Shown piece after piece: positions 48,208-58,394 of a stretch of 64,000 nucleotides of DNA. Where the stretch lies: the IMG/VR virus record IMGVR_UViG_2902975652_000003, one strand, 5' to 3'. The DNA is from an uncultured virus (IMG/VR IMGVR_UViG_2902975652_000003) (taxonomy: Duplodnaviria > Heunggongvirae > Uroviricota > Caudoviricetes). The notes beneath the pieces are model-generated. The model saw only the letters and a program-made list of their open reading frames with translations. It searched no databases and had not been told where the DNA came from. A program made the translations under genes and the position numbers. Each line of letters starts with the position of its first letter. Positions within the stretch are counted from its first letter, which is position 1.

Positions 48208-49230
48208 ATGCAACTTAATCAACGTGCGCGTGATCTCATTGGCGCATATTCCGCGGCACTCTGCCAGGGCTATAACGTCCAGCGGGCTGACCGTTATTTC
48301 TCGCTGACTGACCCGAAAGAAACCGCGCTGCGCCTGGCACTGCTGGAAGCGGTGGAGTTTCTCAACATGATTACCTGTGCGGATGTGGATCAGCTGTCCG
48401 GCCAGGTGGTCAGCGTGGGTTCCTCTGCGCTGCATACCGGGCGCAAGGAAGGCGGCCGCTTCATGCGTAGCGTCGGTGTGGACGGCAACGATTATAAGCT
48501 GGTCGAAACCGATTCCTGCGCTGCGCTTAAGTGGGATTTACTGTCCGTCTGGGCAAATGCCGGTAAAGAGGAAAGCGAGTTTTTCAACCTCGTTCAGACC
48601 TTCTCTAACCAGGCGTTTGCGCTGGATATGCTGCGCATCGGTTTTAACGGTAAAAGCGTCGAAAAAACAACCGATCCGGAGAAAAACCCGAACGGCGAGG
48701 ATGTGAATATCGGCTGGCATGAGCGCATGAAAGGCTTTGACGCCGGTAAGCAGATTATCACTGATGCCGTGGTGCTGGATGATAAAGGGGATTACCGCTC
48801 GCTTGATGCGATGGCGTCCGACCTCATCAACGCCAAAATTCCGCAGCAGTACCGCAACGATCCGCGCCTGGTGGTGCTGGTCGGTGCTGACCTGGTGGCG
48901 GCTGAACAGTACCGTCTGTACCAGAGCGCAGACCGCCCCAGCGAGAAAATCGCCGCCCAGATGCTGGGCAGTACCATCGCGGGCCGTCCGGCCATCGTGC
49001 CGCCGTTTATGCCTGGCAAGCGCATGGTGGTAACACCACTGAGTAACCTGCACATCTACACCCAGCGCGGCACGCGCCAGCGTAAGGCTGAGTTTGTTGA
49101 TGACCGCAAGCAGTTTGAAAACAAATACCTGCGCAACGAAGGTTACGCCGTTGAAGTGCCGGAGCTGTACGCGGCCATTGACGAAAACGCCGTGACCATC
49201 GGCCAGGTCACTGAGCCAGCGGAGGGCTAA
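48208..49230 (+). CDS. Major capsid protein, P2 family
   Basis: ALDMLRIGFNG, EDVNIGW. Confidence 0.94.
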   Translation: MQLNQRARDLIGAYSAALCQGYNVQRADRYFSLTDPKETALRLALLEAVEFLNMITCADVDQLSGQVVSVGSSALHTGRKEGGRFMRSVGVDGNDYKLVETDSCAALKWDLLSVWANAGKEESEFFNLVQTFSNQAFALDMLRIGFNGKSVEKTTDPEKNPNGEDVNIGWHERMKGFDAGKQIITDAVVLDDKGDYRSLDAMASDLINAKIPQQYRNDPRLVVLVGADLVAAEQYRLYQSADRPSEKIAAQMLGSTIAGRPAIVPPFMPGKRMVVTPLSNLHIYTQRGTRQRKAEFVDDRKQFENKYLRNEGYAVEVPELYAAIDENAVTIGQVTEPAEG

Positions 49231-49233
49231 CCG

Positions 49234-49932
49234 ATGGCACTTTCACCTGCACAGCGACACAGCCAGCGCATTGCAATGGAACAGCAGCTGCTGCGCCGCG
49301 AGGCCGTGGAGCGAGCTGAAAGCCTGCATTTGCAGATTCAGGCGCTGAATAACGACGTTGCCCACGTGCGCAACCTGCCGACCATCGCAGACCGTGAAGC
49401 GTATAAGCGTGATGTGCTGCTGCCGCGCTGGATGCCGACCGTTGAGAGCTATCTGGCAGGCGGCAAGGTCTACCCGAACCCGGTCTTTTCGTGGTGCGTG
49501 GTGTGGCTGTTTGATGCGGGCGATTTTGAAAAGGCGCTGGCCTGGGCAGATATCGCCATTGAACAGCAGCAGCCGACGCCTGAGAACATCCGCAGCCATT
49601 TCCCGGCGTTTGTGGCGGATACCGTCCTGAGCTGGGCGGAAGCCACGGCGGCAGCGGGTGAAAGTGTCGAACCCTATTTTTCGCAGACCTTTGAGAAGGT
49701 CACGCAGTGCTGGCGCCTGCATGAGCAAATCACGGCTAAATGGTTCAAGTTCGCCGGGCTGCTGATGCTGCGTGATGACGAAGGTCAGCCACGCGCCACG
49801 GCGCTGGATGATGTGGAGACGCTGGAAAAGGCCGATGCGCTGCTGGCGTCAGCAGAAAAGCTTTATAAGCGCGTCGGGGTGGGAACGATGCGTGCGCAGA
49901 TTGGCGCGCGTATCCGCAGCCTGACGAAGTAA
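49234..49932 (+). CDS. Terminase small subunit (gpM family)
   Basis: MALSPAQRH..WLFDAGD. Confidence 0.9.
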   Translation: MALSPAQRHSQRIAMEQQLLRREAVERAESLHLQIQALNNDVAHVRNLPTIADREAYKRDVLLPRWMPTVESYLAGGKVYPNPVFSWCVVWLFDAGDFEKALAWADIAIEQQQPTPENIRSHFPAFVADTVLSWAEATAAAGESVEPYFSQTFEKVTQCWRLHEQITAKWFKFAGLLMLRDDEGQPRATALDDVETLEKADALLASAEKLYKRVGVGTMRAQIGARIRSLTK

Positions 49933-50028
49933 CGACTACCGCAAGCCAGGCGGGCGCGGCTGAGGGCAAAACACATCGTGTAATGCGCCGTGGACGCCGG
50001 TCAGCCCGCCTTTTTATTCGGGGGATTC

Positions 50029-50481
50029 ATGTTTAACGGCAGGCCGCTGGAATACCAGGATGCACCGCTGACCAATAACGGCTTCTGGCCGGATCTGAAC
50101 CTGAAAGATTTTCAGGCCCAGCGCGCACTACCGCCGGATATTGAGGCGGACACCATCGCGCAGGCGCTGATTGCCGCCGTGATGGAAGTCAATGCGGAGC
50201 TGGTCAGCGTGGAGGCCATGTACAGGGCGCAGGGCCATGTGTCGGCGGCGGATGTGCCGGGCGTGATGATGGCAGGTATTAACGGGCTGTGCGCGCAGTA
50301 CACGAAAGCCGTATTTGCCCGCGCCAAAGCGGATTTGCTGGGCGAGTTTGCCACCATCGGGCGACGTGAAACCCATCCGGGGCAGGAAAGTGACGAAACC
50401 CGCGCCGGACTGCTGGCCGAAGCCTCGGTGGCCATCCGGCGCATGAAGGGGCTTAAACGGGCCACGGTGAAAAAAGTATGA
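50029..50481 (+). CDS. Head completion protein (gpL family)
   Basis: NNGFWPDL..AVFARAKA. Confidence 0.88.
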   Translation: MFNGRPLEYQDAPLTNNGFWPDLNLKDFQAQRALPPDIEADTIAQALIAAVMEVNAELVSVEAMYRAQGHVSAADVPGVMMAGINGLCAQYTKAVFARAKADLLGEFATIGRRETHPGQESDETRAGLLAEASVAIRRMKGLKRATVKKV

Positions 50482-50978
50482 AAACGCAGCTGGAATCACT
50501 GACTGAATTTTTCAGTGAAAACATCCCGGAGCGCGCCCGGCAGGGCTTTGACAGCGTGATTGATGAAATGCAGGTGGTGCCGGCGGCCAAAGATATGGGC
50601 CTTGACCAGTACCGGCAGGCGCTGATCCGCTACAACGCCTTACTGAGCTGGGAGCGTTTCCCGTATCGCCTCTGCCCGCCGCAGCTGCTGGTTTCGCTGC
50701 TGGAAGTCTGGCTGGACGAATACGGCAGCGAACTGATGGAGCATGTCGGTATTACCGATGCCGATCCGCAGTGGGATGTCACGGTGGAGGATGCGGAAAC
50801 CGCCACGGTGGTGCTGTCTGTGCCACTGGTGGAAGAACTGGTGATCCGCAGGGATGAGAAAGGCGCTATTCCGTTTCGCGGTGAGCGCTGGTCACTGGTT
50901 GATCCGGAAATCTGGACGGCATTAAGCGCCCAGGTGTACGGGGTGGATGAAACCGGCGCACCGATAGGGGATGCGTGA
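50478..50978 (+). CDS. Tail completion protein (R-like)
   Basis: Synteny; WERFPYR motif. Confidence 0.75.
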   Translation: MKTQLESLTEFFSENIPERARQGFDSVIDEMQVVPAAKDMGLDQYRQALIRYNALLSWERFPYRLCPPQLLVSLLEVWLDEYGSELMEHVGITDADPQWDVTVEDAETATVVLSVPLVEELVIRRDEKGAIPFRGERWSLVDPEIWTALSAQVYGVDETGAPIGDA

Positions 50979-51685
50979 TGTTTGTCGGCGGAGAGCTGAA
51001 CAAAAAGCAGCTGGCTGATTTGCGCGGGGCGCTGGCCAGTCTGGAGCTGCCGCCCCGAAAGCGTCAGCGCCTGCTGTGGCGTCTTGCGAAATACGGGCTG
51101 ATCGCCGCGGCAAAACGCAACGTACGCAACCAGCAGTCACCGGATGGCCAGGCATGGCCGGGCCGCCAGACGAAGCGCAAAGGAAAGATGCTGCGCAACA
51201 TGCCGAAGCTGCTGCATATCCGGGAAATGCCGGAAATCGACGCGGTGAGGGTTTATCTGGCGGGCGGCGGCTACCGCAACGGCAAAACACCGGTTGCTGC
51301 CGGTGCCGTGGCCTGGAGCCAGCAGAACGGCATGAAGATGCGCATCAACCGCAGCGCGCAGCCACGCGAGGCGACGGCGGGAAAAATGGCCACCATCGCC
51401 CAGGCCAAAAAGCTACGGGCGCTGGGGTATCAGGTGAAGCGCGGGAAGCGGATGAAAAAGCCTGGCTACCGCGAGATTACCGAAACGATGTCTTATGCGC
51501 AGGCCGGTTTGCTGATCCGCAAACTGACCGGCAGGGCAGCAAAAACAAGCTGGACAATCGACCTTCCCGCGCGTGCCTTTCTCGGCATGAGCGACGAAGA
51601 ATTTAATAAGGCGCTGGCGCGCCAGCTGCAAGCCATTGGCTTTGGCTGGGATGTGAATGCGCAGGATATCAGGGGGAGACAATGA
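50975..51685 (+). CDS. Virion morphogenesis protein (S-like)
   Basis: QQSPDGQAW, LPARAFLG. Confidence 0.8.
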   Translation: MMFVGGELNKKQLADLRGALASLELPPRKRQRLLWRLAKYGLIAAAKRNVRNQQSPDGQAWPGRQTKRKGKMLRNMPKLLHIREMPEIDAVRVYLAGGGYRNGKTPVAAGAVAWSQQNGMKMRINRSAQPREATAGKMATIAQAKKLRALGYQVKRGKRMKKPGYREITETMSYAQAGLLIRKLTGRAAKTSWTIDLPARAFLGMSDEEFNKALARQLQAIGFGWDVNAQDIRGRQ

Positions 51686-52809
51686 CCTGGCCAAGTGTGG
51701 ACGTGAACCAGGTAAACCAGCTACAGGGCGAAACCAGTGAGGTGGAGCGCGTGGTGTTGTTTACCGGCACGGCCAAAACCAATACCGGCAAAACGCTGGC
51801 CGTTACCGCGCAGACGGATTTTGATGCGCTGCTGGGTGCCGCTGACAGCCCGCTTAAGCGTGACCTGAAGGCGGCACAGGCGAACGCAGGCCAGAACTGG
51901 TGGGCGTTTGTGCATCCGCTGGCTGAGGATGGCGGGGCGGATGCGTGGGTTAATGCGGTGCTGGCCGCGCAGGTGTCGTGTTCCGTGGAAGGCGTGGTGC
52001 TTTCGGATGATGTGACCGACAAGGCCGTGATTAACCAGGCTGCCACGCTGCGATCAACGCTGATTGCAAAATATGGCCGCTGGGTGTGGTTTGCCCTGGC
52101 GGTGCAGGGGATGCAGCCCGACGAAGGGCAGGCGGATTACCTCAAGCGCCTTTCTGAGCTACAGGCCGGAATTGCCGAAAAGGCGGTGCAGCTGGTTCCC
52201 CGTCTCTGGGGTAACGAGCCGGGCGTGCTGGCCGGACGGCTGTGTAACCGTGCCGTGACGGTGGCAGACAGCCCGGCGCGCACCAAAACCGGCGCGCTGC
52301 TGAGTCTCGGCAGCGATGAAATGCCGGTGGACGGCACCGGCGCGGTGCTGGAGCTGGCCACACTGCGCGCGCTGGAGGCGCAGCGCTACAGCGTGCCGAT
52401 GTGGTATCCCGATTATGACGGCATCTACTGGGCAGACGGGCGCACGCTGGACGTGGAAGGCGGTGATTATCAGTCCATCGAAACGCTGCGTATCGCGGAT
52501 AAGGCCGCCCGCCGTGTGCGTCTGCTGGCCATCGGCAAGATTGCGGATCGCTCGCTGAACAGCACGCCGGGCAGTATTGCGGCGCATCAGTCGCTGTTTG
52601 CGAAGCCGCTGCGCGAAATGTCAAAGGCCGCTGAAATCAACGGCGTGACGTTTCCCGGTGAAGTAAAGCCGCCGCAGGATGGCGACGTGTCCATCGTCTG
52701 GAAAACAAAAAAGCAGGTGGAAATTTACATCGTGGTACGCACGTATGAAGTGCCGCTGCAAATTTCGATTAGCCTGGTGCTTGATCAGAGTCTGGAGGCC
52801 AGCGCATGA
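51682..52809 (+). CDS. Tail sheath protein (DUF2586, HP1-type)
   Basis: MTWPSV.VNQ, GVLAGRL, SVPMWYPDYDGIYW. Confidence 0.88.
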   Translation: MTWPSVDVNQVNQLQGETSEVERVVLFTGTAKTNTGKTLAVTAQTDFDALLGAADSPLKRDLKAAQANAGQNWWAFVHPLAEDGGADAWVNAVLAAQVSCSVEGVVLSDDVTDKAVINQAATLRSTLIAKYGRWVWFALAVQGMQPDEGQADYLKRLSELQAGIAEKAVQLVPRLWGNEPGVLAGRLCNRAVTVADSPARTKTGALLSLGSDEMPVDGTGAVLELATLRALEAQRYSVPMWYPDYDGIYWADGRTLDVEGGDYQSIETLRIADKAARRVRLLAIGKIADRSLNSTPGSIAAHQSLFAKPLREMSKAAEINGVTFPGEVKPPQDGDVSIVWKTKKQVEIYIVVRTYEVPLQISISLVLDQSLEASA

Positions 52810-53261
52810 GTAAGCGTATTTCCGGTATGTCTTTTGATTTTTACATCGACGGCACGCTTGTCCATGCCGAAAAAATCACGCTCGACATTACCGACAACAC
52901 CACGGCAGTACAGACGCGCGGCGTGCCGGATGGTTTCGTGGATGGCGATGTGTCTGCCGAAGGCGAAATTGAGTTCAGCATCAAGGCGCTGGCCGTGCTT
53001 AAGGGGCTGGCCCAGCGCTATGGCTCCTGGCGCGGCATCCCGCCGGTGGATTACCTCTTTTACGCGAAAGCGGGCGATGAGGAATCAAAGGTGGAGGCGT
53101 TCGGCTGCAAGATGAACCTGAGCAGCATTCTGGACATCGATCAGAAGGGCGGCGCGCTGTCCACGCGTAAGGTGAAATACCAGGTCACCGATCCGCGTTT
53201 TATTAACATTGACGGCGTTCCGTATCTGGAACCGGAAGCCACTGAAAACCTCATCGGGTAA
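52806..53261 (+). CDS. Tail tube protein (DUF2597, HP1-type)
   Basis: RISGMSFD, RGVPDGFVDGDV. Confidence 0.88.
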   Translation: MSKRISGMSFDFYIDGTLVHAEKITLDITDNTTAVQTRGVPDGFVDGDVSAEGEIEFSIKALAVLKGLAQRYGSWRGIPPVDYLFYAKAGDEESKVEAFGCKMNLSSILDIDQKGGALSTRKVKYQVTDPRFINIDGVPYLEPEATENLIG

Positions 53262-53270
53262 GGGAAGGGA

Positions 53271-53564
53271 ATGCAGGAATACGAAAAGGGCTTCTGGGCG
53301 CTGCTTATCATGGGCGGGCTTATCGCCCTCGGCAAGATGCTGACCAGTGACGAGCCAATCACGATTCGCCTGGTGGCGGGCCGGGTGATTGTTGGCAGCG
53401 CGTTGTCACTGATGGCGGGCGTGGTGCTCTATCTGGTGCCGGATATTCACCCGCTGGCGCTGATTGGGTTTGGTTCGGCGCTGGGTATCCTGGGCTTAAG
53501 CGGTGTGGAAGCCTGGCTGCGTAAAAAGGGTATCAGCGGTTTATTCAGCAAGGGAGGCAATTAA
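53271..53564 (+). CDS. Holin
   Basis: 97 aa, three hydrophobic segments, precedes endolysin. Confidence 0.82.
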   Translation: MQEYEKGFWALLIMGGLIALGKMLTSDEPITIRLVAGRVIVGSALSLMAGVVLYLVPDIHPLALIGFGSALGILGLSGVEAWLRKKGISGLFSKGGN

Positions 53565-53906
53565 GTGACCTTAAGCGAAAAGCAGCAGTTGTTCACCGTC
53601 ATGGTGGCCAGTCTCATCCACTGGGCCGAAGAAAAGGGCTATCGGCTGACCTTTGGCGAAGCGTACCGCACGCCTGAGCAGGCGGCGCTGAATGCGAAGA
53701 AGGGCAGCGGCATCAGCAACAGCCTGCATACCCAGCGCCTGGCCGTGGATTTTAATCTGTTCATCAACGGTAAATACGCCACGCGCACGGAAGATTATCT
53801 GCCGCTGGGCGAATACTGGGAATCACTGGGCGGCAGCTGGGGCGGGCGTTTTAAAACCAACCCGGACGGCAATCATTTCAGCCTTGAACATAACGGGGTG
53901 CGCTGA
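53565..53906 (+). CDS. Endolysin, M15 metallopeptidase
   Basis: SLHTQRLAVD and DGNHFS zinc motifs. Confidence 0.9.
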   Translation: MTLSEKQQLFTVMVASLIHWAEEKGYRLTFGEAYRTPEQAALNAKKGSGISNSLHTQRLAVDFNLFINGKYATRTEDYLPLGEYWESLGGSWGGRFKTNPDGNHFSLEHNGVR

Positions 53907-54238
53907 TGAGCCGGGCCGCACTGGCGGTGATGGTTGCCCTGGTGCTGGCGTTCGCCGGGGGCTGGAAGGCCGCAGGCTGGCAGCGTGACAGCATCGACCT
54001 GGCCATCCAGCGCACCGCAGCGGCCACCGGCAAACAGGTGCAGGACGCGGCCAGCAAGTCGGGCCGGGCGCTGGAAGAAAAACTGGAGGCTTTACGCAAT
54101 GCGTCACCGCGTGAAATCCGCACGGAGCTGGTTAAGCCGGTGTTTACCAGCCGCTGTCTGTCTGATGAGTTTGTCAGCATGTACAACGACGCCACCGCCA
54201 GCGCCGAACGTGCGTTATCAGGAAAACCTGAAAACTAA
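53906..54238 (+). CDS. i-spanin (Rz-like)
   Basis: N-terminal TM helix, follows endolysin. Confidence 0.7.
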   Translation: MSRAALAVMVALVLAFAGGWKAAGWQRDSIDLAIQRTAAATGKQVQDAASKSGRALEEKLEALRNASPREIRTELVKPVFTSRCLSDEFVSMYNDATASAERALSGKPEN

Positions 54239-54398
54239 ATGCAGCACGCAGTTGCCGCGCCTGACCGGCACAACCGGCAGGGATGCGGCGGAATTATTAA
54301 CCCTTTATCTGGAGCTGTACGGGCAGTGCGCCGCACGCCATAACCAGCTTGTTGACGAAATTAACCAAAGAGAGACGTTATTAAATGGAAAAAATTAA
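54099..54398 (+). CDS. o-spanin lipoprotein (Rz1-like)
   Basis: ATG after GGAGG, overlaps Rz in another frame, lipobox LSAC, YGQCAARH. Confidence 0.72.
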   Translation: MRHRVKSARSWLSRCLPAAVCLMSLSACTTTPPPAPNVRYQENLKTKCSTQLPRLTGTTGRDAAELLTLYLELYGQCAARHNQLVDEINQRETLLNGKN

Positions 54399-54642
54399 AC
54401 TTGTCGTGGCCGGTACTGAAATTACCTTTGAGCCGAACCAGACCGCCTATAACAAATTCATTAACGAAATGTCGATGGATAATAAAGTCGCCCCGGCGAA
54501 TAACTATCTTAATCGTATTGTGGCGGCAGAAAGCAAAGAAGCGCTGGCCGAAATTATTAAGCGTCCGGGCGCGGCCCTGCAGCTGGTCGGGAAAATTAAC
54601 GAGCTGTACGCGCCTGAACTGGAAATTGAAGTAAAAAACTAA
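54385..54642 (+). CDS. Tail assembly chaperone
   Basis: AYNKFINEM..KVAPA; ends in slippery AAAAAAC. Confidence 0.82.
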   Translation: MEKIKLVVAGTEITFEPNQTAYNKFINEMSMDNKVAPANNYLNRIVAAESKEALAEIIKRPGAALQLVGKINELYAPELEIEVKN

Positions 54643-54833
54643 CAAAGCGAGTCCAGGCGATTGAGCAAAATGGGCTCGACCAGTATTTAATTTTACGCCG
54701 CCATTATCTGCCGACCGGGCAGGATAATATTGATGATATTGCCGCCGCCATCTGGCTGGATAACCGCTACTGGGAAAATATGTCCGTGGCGGTAGCCAAT
54801 GGCGTGGGCATCGCGTTTAAAGGCTCTGAATGA
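54633..54833 (+). CDS. -1 frameshift extension of tail chaperone
   Basis: Open -1 frame LTKRVQAIEQN..AIWLD..AFKGSE ending in ATGA overlap with tape measure. Confidence 0.75.
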   Translation, partial: KKLTKRVQAIEQNGLDQYLILRRHYLPTGQDNIDDIAAAIWLDNRYWENMSVAVANGVGIAFKGSE

Positions 54834-56887
54834 AACAGCTGGATTTTACATTAAGCCTTATCGACAAATTAACGCGCCCGTTAAAGCAGGCGCAGAATTC
54901 TGTCACGGGCTTTGCTGATAAATCAAAAGAGGCTTTTAAGCGTATCGGCGGCGGTGCGCTGGCCATGTGGGGTGTGGCGGAAACGGTGAAAGGGGCGCTG
55001 AGTCCGGCTATCGAAATGTACGACGCCCTTAACGAAGCCTCGGCGCGCGGTGTGGACAGTACGGCACTGAAAACCGTGCAGCGTGATGCGATGCGTTTTT
55101 CCATGACCTACGGGGCCAGCGCCGTGGAGTTTGTCAACTCCACCGCTGAAATCAGCGGCGCGATTGACGGGCTGACCAGCACGGATCTGCCGCAGGTGAC
55201 GAAAGTCGCTAACACGCTGGCGTTTGCCCTGAAAGCCACCTCTGCGGAAACCGCAGAATTTATGGGGCAGATGTTTGCCAACTTTCGCAGTGATGCGGAG
55301 CGCCTCGGTAAAGTGCAGTTTGCTGAACAGCTGGCCGGGAAAATGGCGTACATGCGCCAGACGTTCGGTGTGGAAATGGGGGCCATCAAAGACCTGATGG
55401 AAGGCGCGCGCGGCGTTGGTACCAACTTCAACATTGGCCTTGATGAGCAGCTGGCCGTGCTGGGCCAGCTTAACCGCACGCTGGGCAGTGAGGCGAGCAG
55501 CGCCTATGAAGGCTTTATGACCGGCGCGATTGACGGTGCCAAAAAGCTGGGTCTGTCCTTTACGGATATGCAGGGCAATATCCTTTCCATGCCGGAAATG
55601 CTGATGAAGTTGCAGGGCAAATACGGCAAAAGCCTGGAAGGGAACCTGAAAGCCCAGGCGGAGCTTGATGAGGCGTTCGGCGACAGCTCGGCAGTGATCA
55701 AGCAGCTTTACGGTAATGTGGCGCTGTTACAGCGCAATATTAACGAGCTGGGCGGCGCGGACGGGCTCAAACGCACGCAGGAAATGGCTGCGAAAATGGT
55801 TAAGCCGTGGGATCGCTTTGTGCAAATCCTCAAGGCTATCCAGACCGTTATCGGGTTAACCCTTGTGCCGGTGCTGTATCCGCTGCTTAACCGCCTGGCA
55901 GATATGGGGCAGACCTTTGCGCGCTGGATGCAGATTTTCCCCAACATTGCGCGCGTGGTGGGTTATGCCGCGCTGGCCATTCTGGGATTTGCGGCGGCGG
56001 GTGCCTCGGCAAACATCATTCTGGGGCTGTCCTCGTTCATTCTGACGGGATTAAAGGCGCTGTGGTATGCCGTCACGCTGCCGGTACGTCTGTTTACCGG
56101 TGCGGTGTGGCTCGCCAGGGGCGCGATTGTGGCCTGGAACGCCATGCTTGGCGTGCTGCGCGGCGTACTGCTGGCCGTGCGCATTGCTGCGGTGCTGGCC
56201 GGTGTGGGGATTAACTTCATGAGCTGGCCGGTATTACTCATTATCGGGGCCATCGCGCTGCTGGTCGCGGGCTGCTGGTTACTGGTCAAACACTGGGATG
56301 CCATCAAAGCGGCGGTAATGGAAACCGCAGCCTTTCAGGCGGTGGTTGCTGCCGTGAAGTGGGTGGCGGATATGTTCGGGAAAGCCTGGCAGTTTATTGC
56401 TGAGGGCTGGGAGGCGTTCACGAAACTGTTAAGCGGTTTCTCGCCTGCAGCGGCACTGGCTGACATGGCCAGCGGCATTGTGAATGTGTTCAGCAATATC
56501 TGGTCAACGATTACAGAGAGTTTTTCCAAAGCGTGGAAGTGGATTGTTGACAAGCTGAATAACATTCCCGGCGTGAATATTCCTGTGACCGCTGAAATTA
56601 AACAGGTGGATGCTTTATCCGGTGCCGGTGCGGTGCCTAAAAACAGCGCATTTATTTATTCGGGAGCTGCTGCGGCACCGGTGAAAACCGATGCGGCACC
56701 GTTAACGGCTAATACGCTTTCAACCGGCGGGCAGGTTAAAAATCTGGATAAAGGCGGCATCAGCAAAACGATAAATAACAGCGGCAGAACGGTGACGGAT
56801 AACAGCCGGAAAATTAACACGGTAAATATTTATCCGAAAGAAACGCTTTCGCCGGGGCAATTAATGGAATGGCAGGAACTGGGCTGA
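54830..56887 (+). CDS. Tail tape measure protein
   Basis: 685 aa, LDFTLSLIDKLTRP start. Confidence 0.92.
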   Translation: MKQLDFTLSLIDKLTRPLKQAQNSVTGFADKSKEAFKRIGGGALAMWGVAETVKGALSPAIEMYDALNEASARGVDSTALKTVQRDAMRFSMTYGASAVEFVNSTAEISGAIDGLTSTDLPQVTKVANTLAFALKATSAETAEFMGQMFANFRSDAERLGKVQFAEQLAGKMAYMRQTFGVEMGAIKDLMEGARGVGTNFNIGLDEQLAVLGQLNRTLGSEASSAYEGFMTGAIDGAKKLGLSFTDMQGNILSMPEMLMKLQGKYGKSLEGNLKAQAELDEAFGDSSAVIKQLYGNVALLQRNINELGGADGLKRTQEMAAKMVKPWDRFVQILKAIQTVIGLTLVPVLYPLLNRLADMGQTFARWMQIFPNIARVVGYAALAILGFAAAGASANIILGLSSFILTGLKALWYAVTLPVRLFTGAVWLARGAIVAWNAMLGVLRGVLLAVRIAAVLAGVGINFMSWPVLLIIGAIALLVAGCWLLVKHWDAIKAAVMETAAFQAVVAAVKWVADMFGKAWQFIAEGWEAFTKLLSGFSPAAALADMASGIVNVFSNIWSTITESFSKAWKWIVDKLNNIPGVNIPVTAEIKQVDALSGAGAVPKNSAFIYSGAAAAPVKTDAAPLTANTLSTGGQVKNLDKGGISKTINNSGRTVTDNSRKINTVNIYPKETLSPGQLMEWQELG

Positions 56888-57213
56888 TGAGTGATTTATA
56901 TATCGATTTATTAATTGAGGGGCGCAATTTTACCCTTAATCCCGGTAATGAGCCGGTGCTGTGTAATAACAGCCAGAGCATCGGGCAGGACATTGTTCAC
57001 GCCATTCTTGAAAGCGGGCTGGCCACGGAACTGGTTGCGGAGCGCAGCCCCACATTGCGCGCCGATATCCTCACCCGCCTTGAGCTGCTGATAGAAAGCG
57101 ATGAGCGTATTGAGCCTGGCACGGTGCTGGTTAACGAGGAAAACCAGACGCGGCTGTGGATCACTGCCGGTACATGGGATTTCGGGCCGGTATCCGTGAG
57201 GGCTGACTTATGA
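56887..57213 (+). CDS. Baseplate protein (DUF2590-like)
   Basis: YIDLLI..SIGQDIVHAILESGL. Confidence 0.8.
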   Translation: MSDLYIDLLIEGRNFTLNPGNEPVLCNNSQSIGQDIVHAILESGLATELVAERSPTLRADILTRLELLIESDERIEPGTVLVNEENQTRLWITAGTWDFGPVSVRADL

Positions 57214-58394
57214 CCGAAAAACCGCAGGTGGATTTTGAAGAGGTGGTGAAAGCCAGCGGAATGCCCGTCACAAAAGAGGCGCTGCGCGAGCGTTTCAACG
57301 GGATTGTGCAGGAAGAAGGGCTTATCACGAACACGTCGAACATGTCACCGTTCTGGCGGCTTATCACCGCGATTGTGACCACGCCGGTGCTGTGGCTTAA
57401 GGATGTGCTGGTCGGCACGGTGCTGGCCAATATGTTTGTGGCCACGGCGTCCGGGCAGATGCTGCGTCTGCTGGCGTGGGCGGTGAACGTCACGGCAAAA
57501 CCCGCCACGGCGGCGCAGGGCGTGATCCGCTTTTATAAGGCTGACGCCGGGGCCGTGGTAACGGTAAAAGCGGGAACGCTTATCCAGACGGAAAGGATTA
57601 ACGGCACCGTGTACGAGCTGGCCACCACGGCAGATTTTACCCTGGGGGCCGGTGTGGCCAGCGCGCTGATCCCGGTGCAGGCCACGGCCACCGGCGGCGC
57701 GTTTAACCTCGCGCCGGGGTATTACCGCATCCTGCCGGTAGCCGTGGATGGTATCAGCCACGTTGTTAACGACACAGACTGGTTGACGGTGCCGGGTGCT
57801 GATGAGGAAAGCGACGACGAGCTGCGCGAGCGCTGCCGCAACCAGTTTAACCTGGTGGGCAATTACCACACGGATGCGGTTTACCGCTCCATGATTGCCA
57901 GCGTGGCCGGGCTGAGTATTGACCGTATTTTCTTTGAGCATGAGGCACCACGCGGGCCGGGAACGGCGAATGCCTATCTGTTGCTGGATACGGGCGTCAC
58001 GTCCGATCCGTTTATCGAGGCGGTCAACGACTACATCACCACGCAGGGCCATCACGGCCACGGCGACGATATGCAGTGTTTTGCCATGCCGGAAACCCGG
58101 CACACCCTGGCGGTGACGCTGTATGTCAGAAATCTGGCCAACCTGACCGCCGAAGAGCAGAGCGCGCTGCGTACCGGAGCCGAAAACCTGATCCGCTGCG
58201 CTTTTCGTGAAAACAATGAATTTGACGTGAAGAAAACATGGCCCTTTTCGCGTTTCTCGTTTTCCAACCTGGGGCGCGAGCTGCATCGCCAGTTTGCCGC
58301 GATTGATTCGCTGGCCTTTTCGCTGACCGATATCGTCAGCGGGCTGAGTGTGCCGCGCCTCGATACGCTGACCGTGAGGCTGATGAATGCCTGA
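57210..58394 (+). CDS. Baseplate J-like protein
   Basis: SPFWRL, GADEESDDELR, PRGPGTAN. Confidence 0.9.
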   Translation: MTEKPQVDFEEVVKASGMPVTKEALRERFNGIVQEEGLITNTSNMSPFWRLITAIVTTPVLWLKDVLVGTVLANMFVATASGQMLRLLAWAVNVTAKPATAAQGVIRFYKADAGAVVTVKAGTLIQTERINGTVYELATTADFTLGAGVASALIPVQATATGGAFNLAPGYYRILPVAVDGISHVVNDTDWLTVPGADEESDDELRERCRNQFNLVGNYHTDAVYRSMIASVAGLSIDRIFFEHEAPRGPGTANAYLLLDTGVTSDPFIEAVNDYITTQGHHGHGDDMQCFAMPETRHTLAVTLYVRNLANLTAEEQSALRTGAENLIRCAFRENNEFDVKKTWPFSRFSFSNLGRELHRQFAAIDSLAFSLTDIVSGLSVPRLDTLTVRLMNA

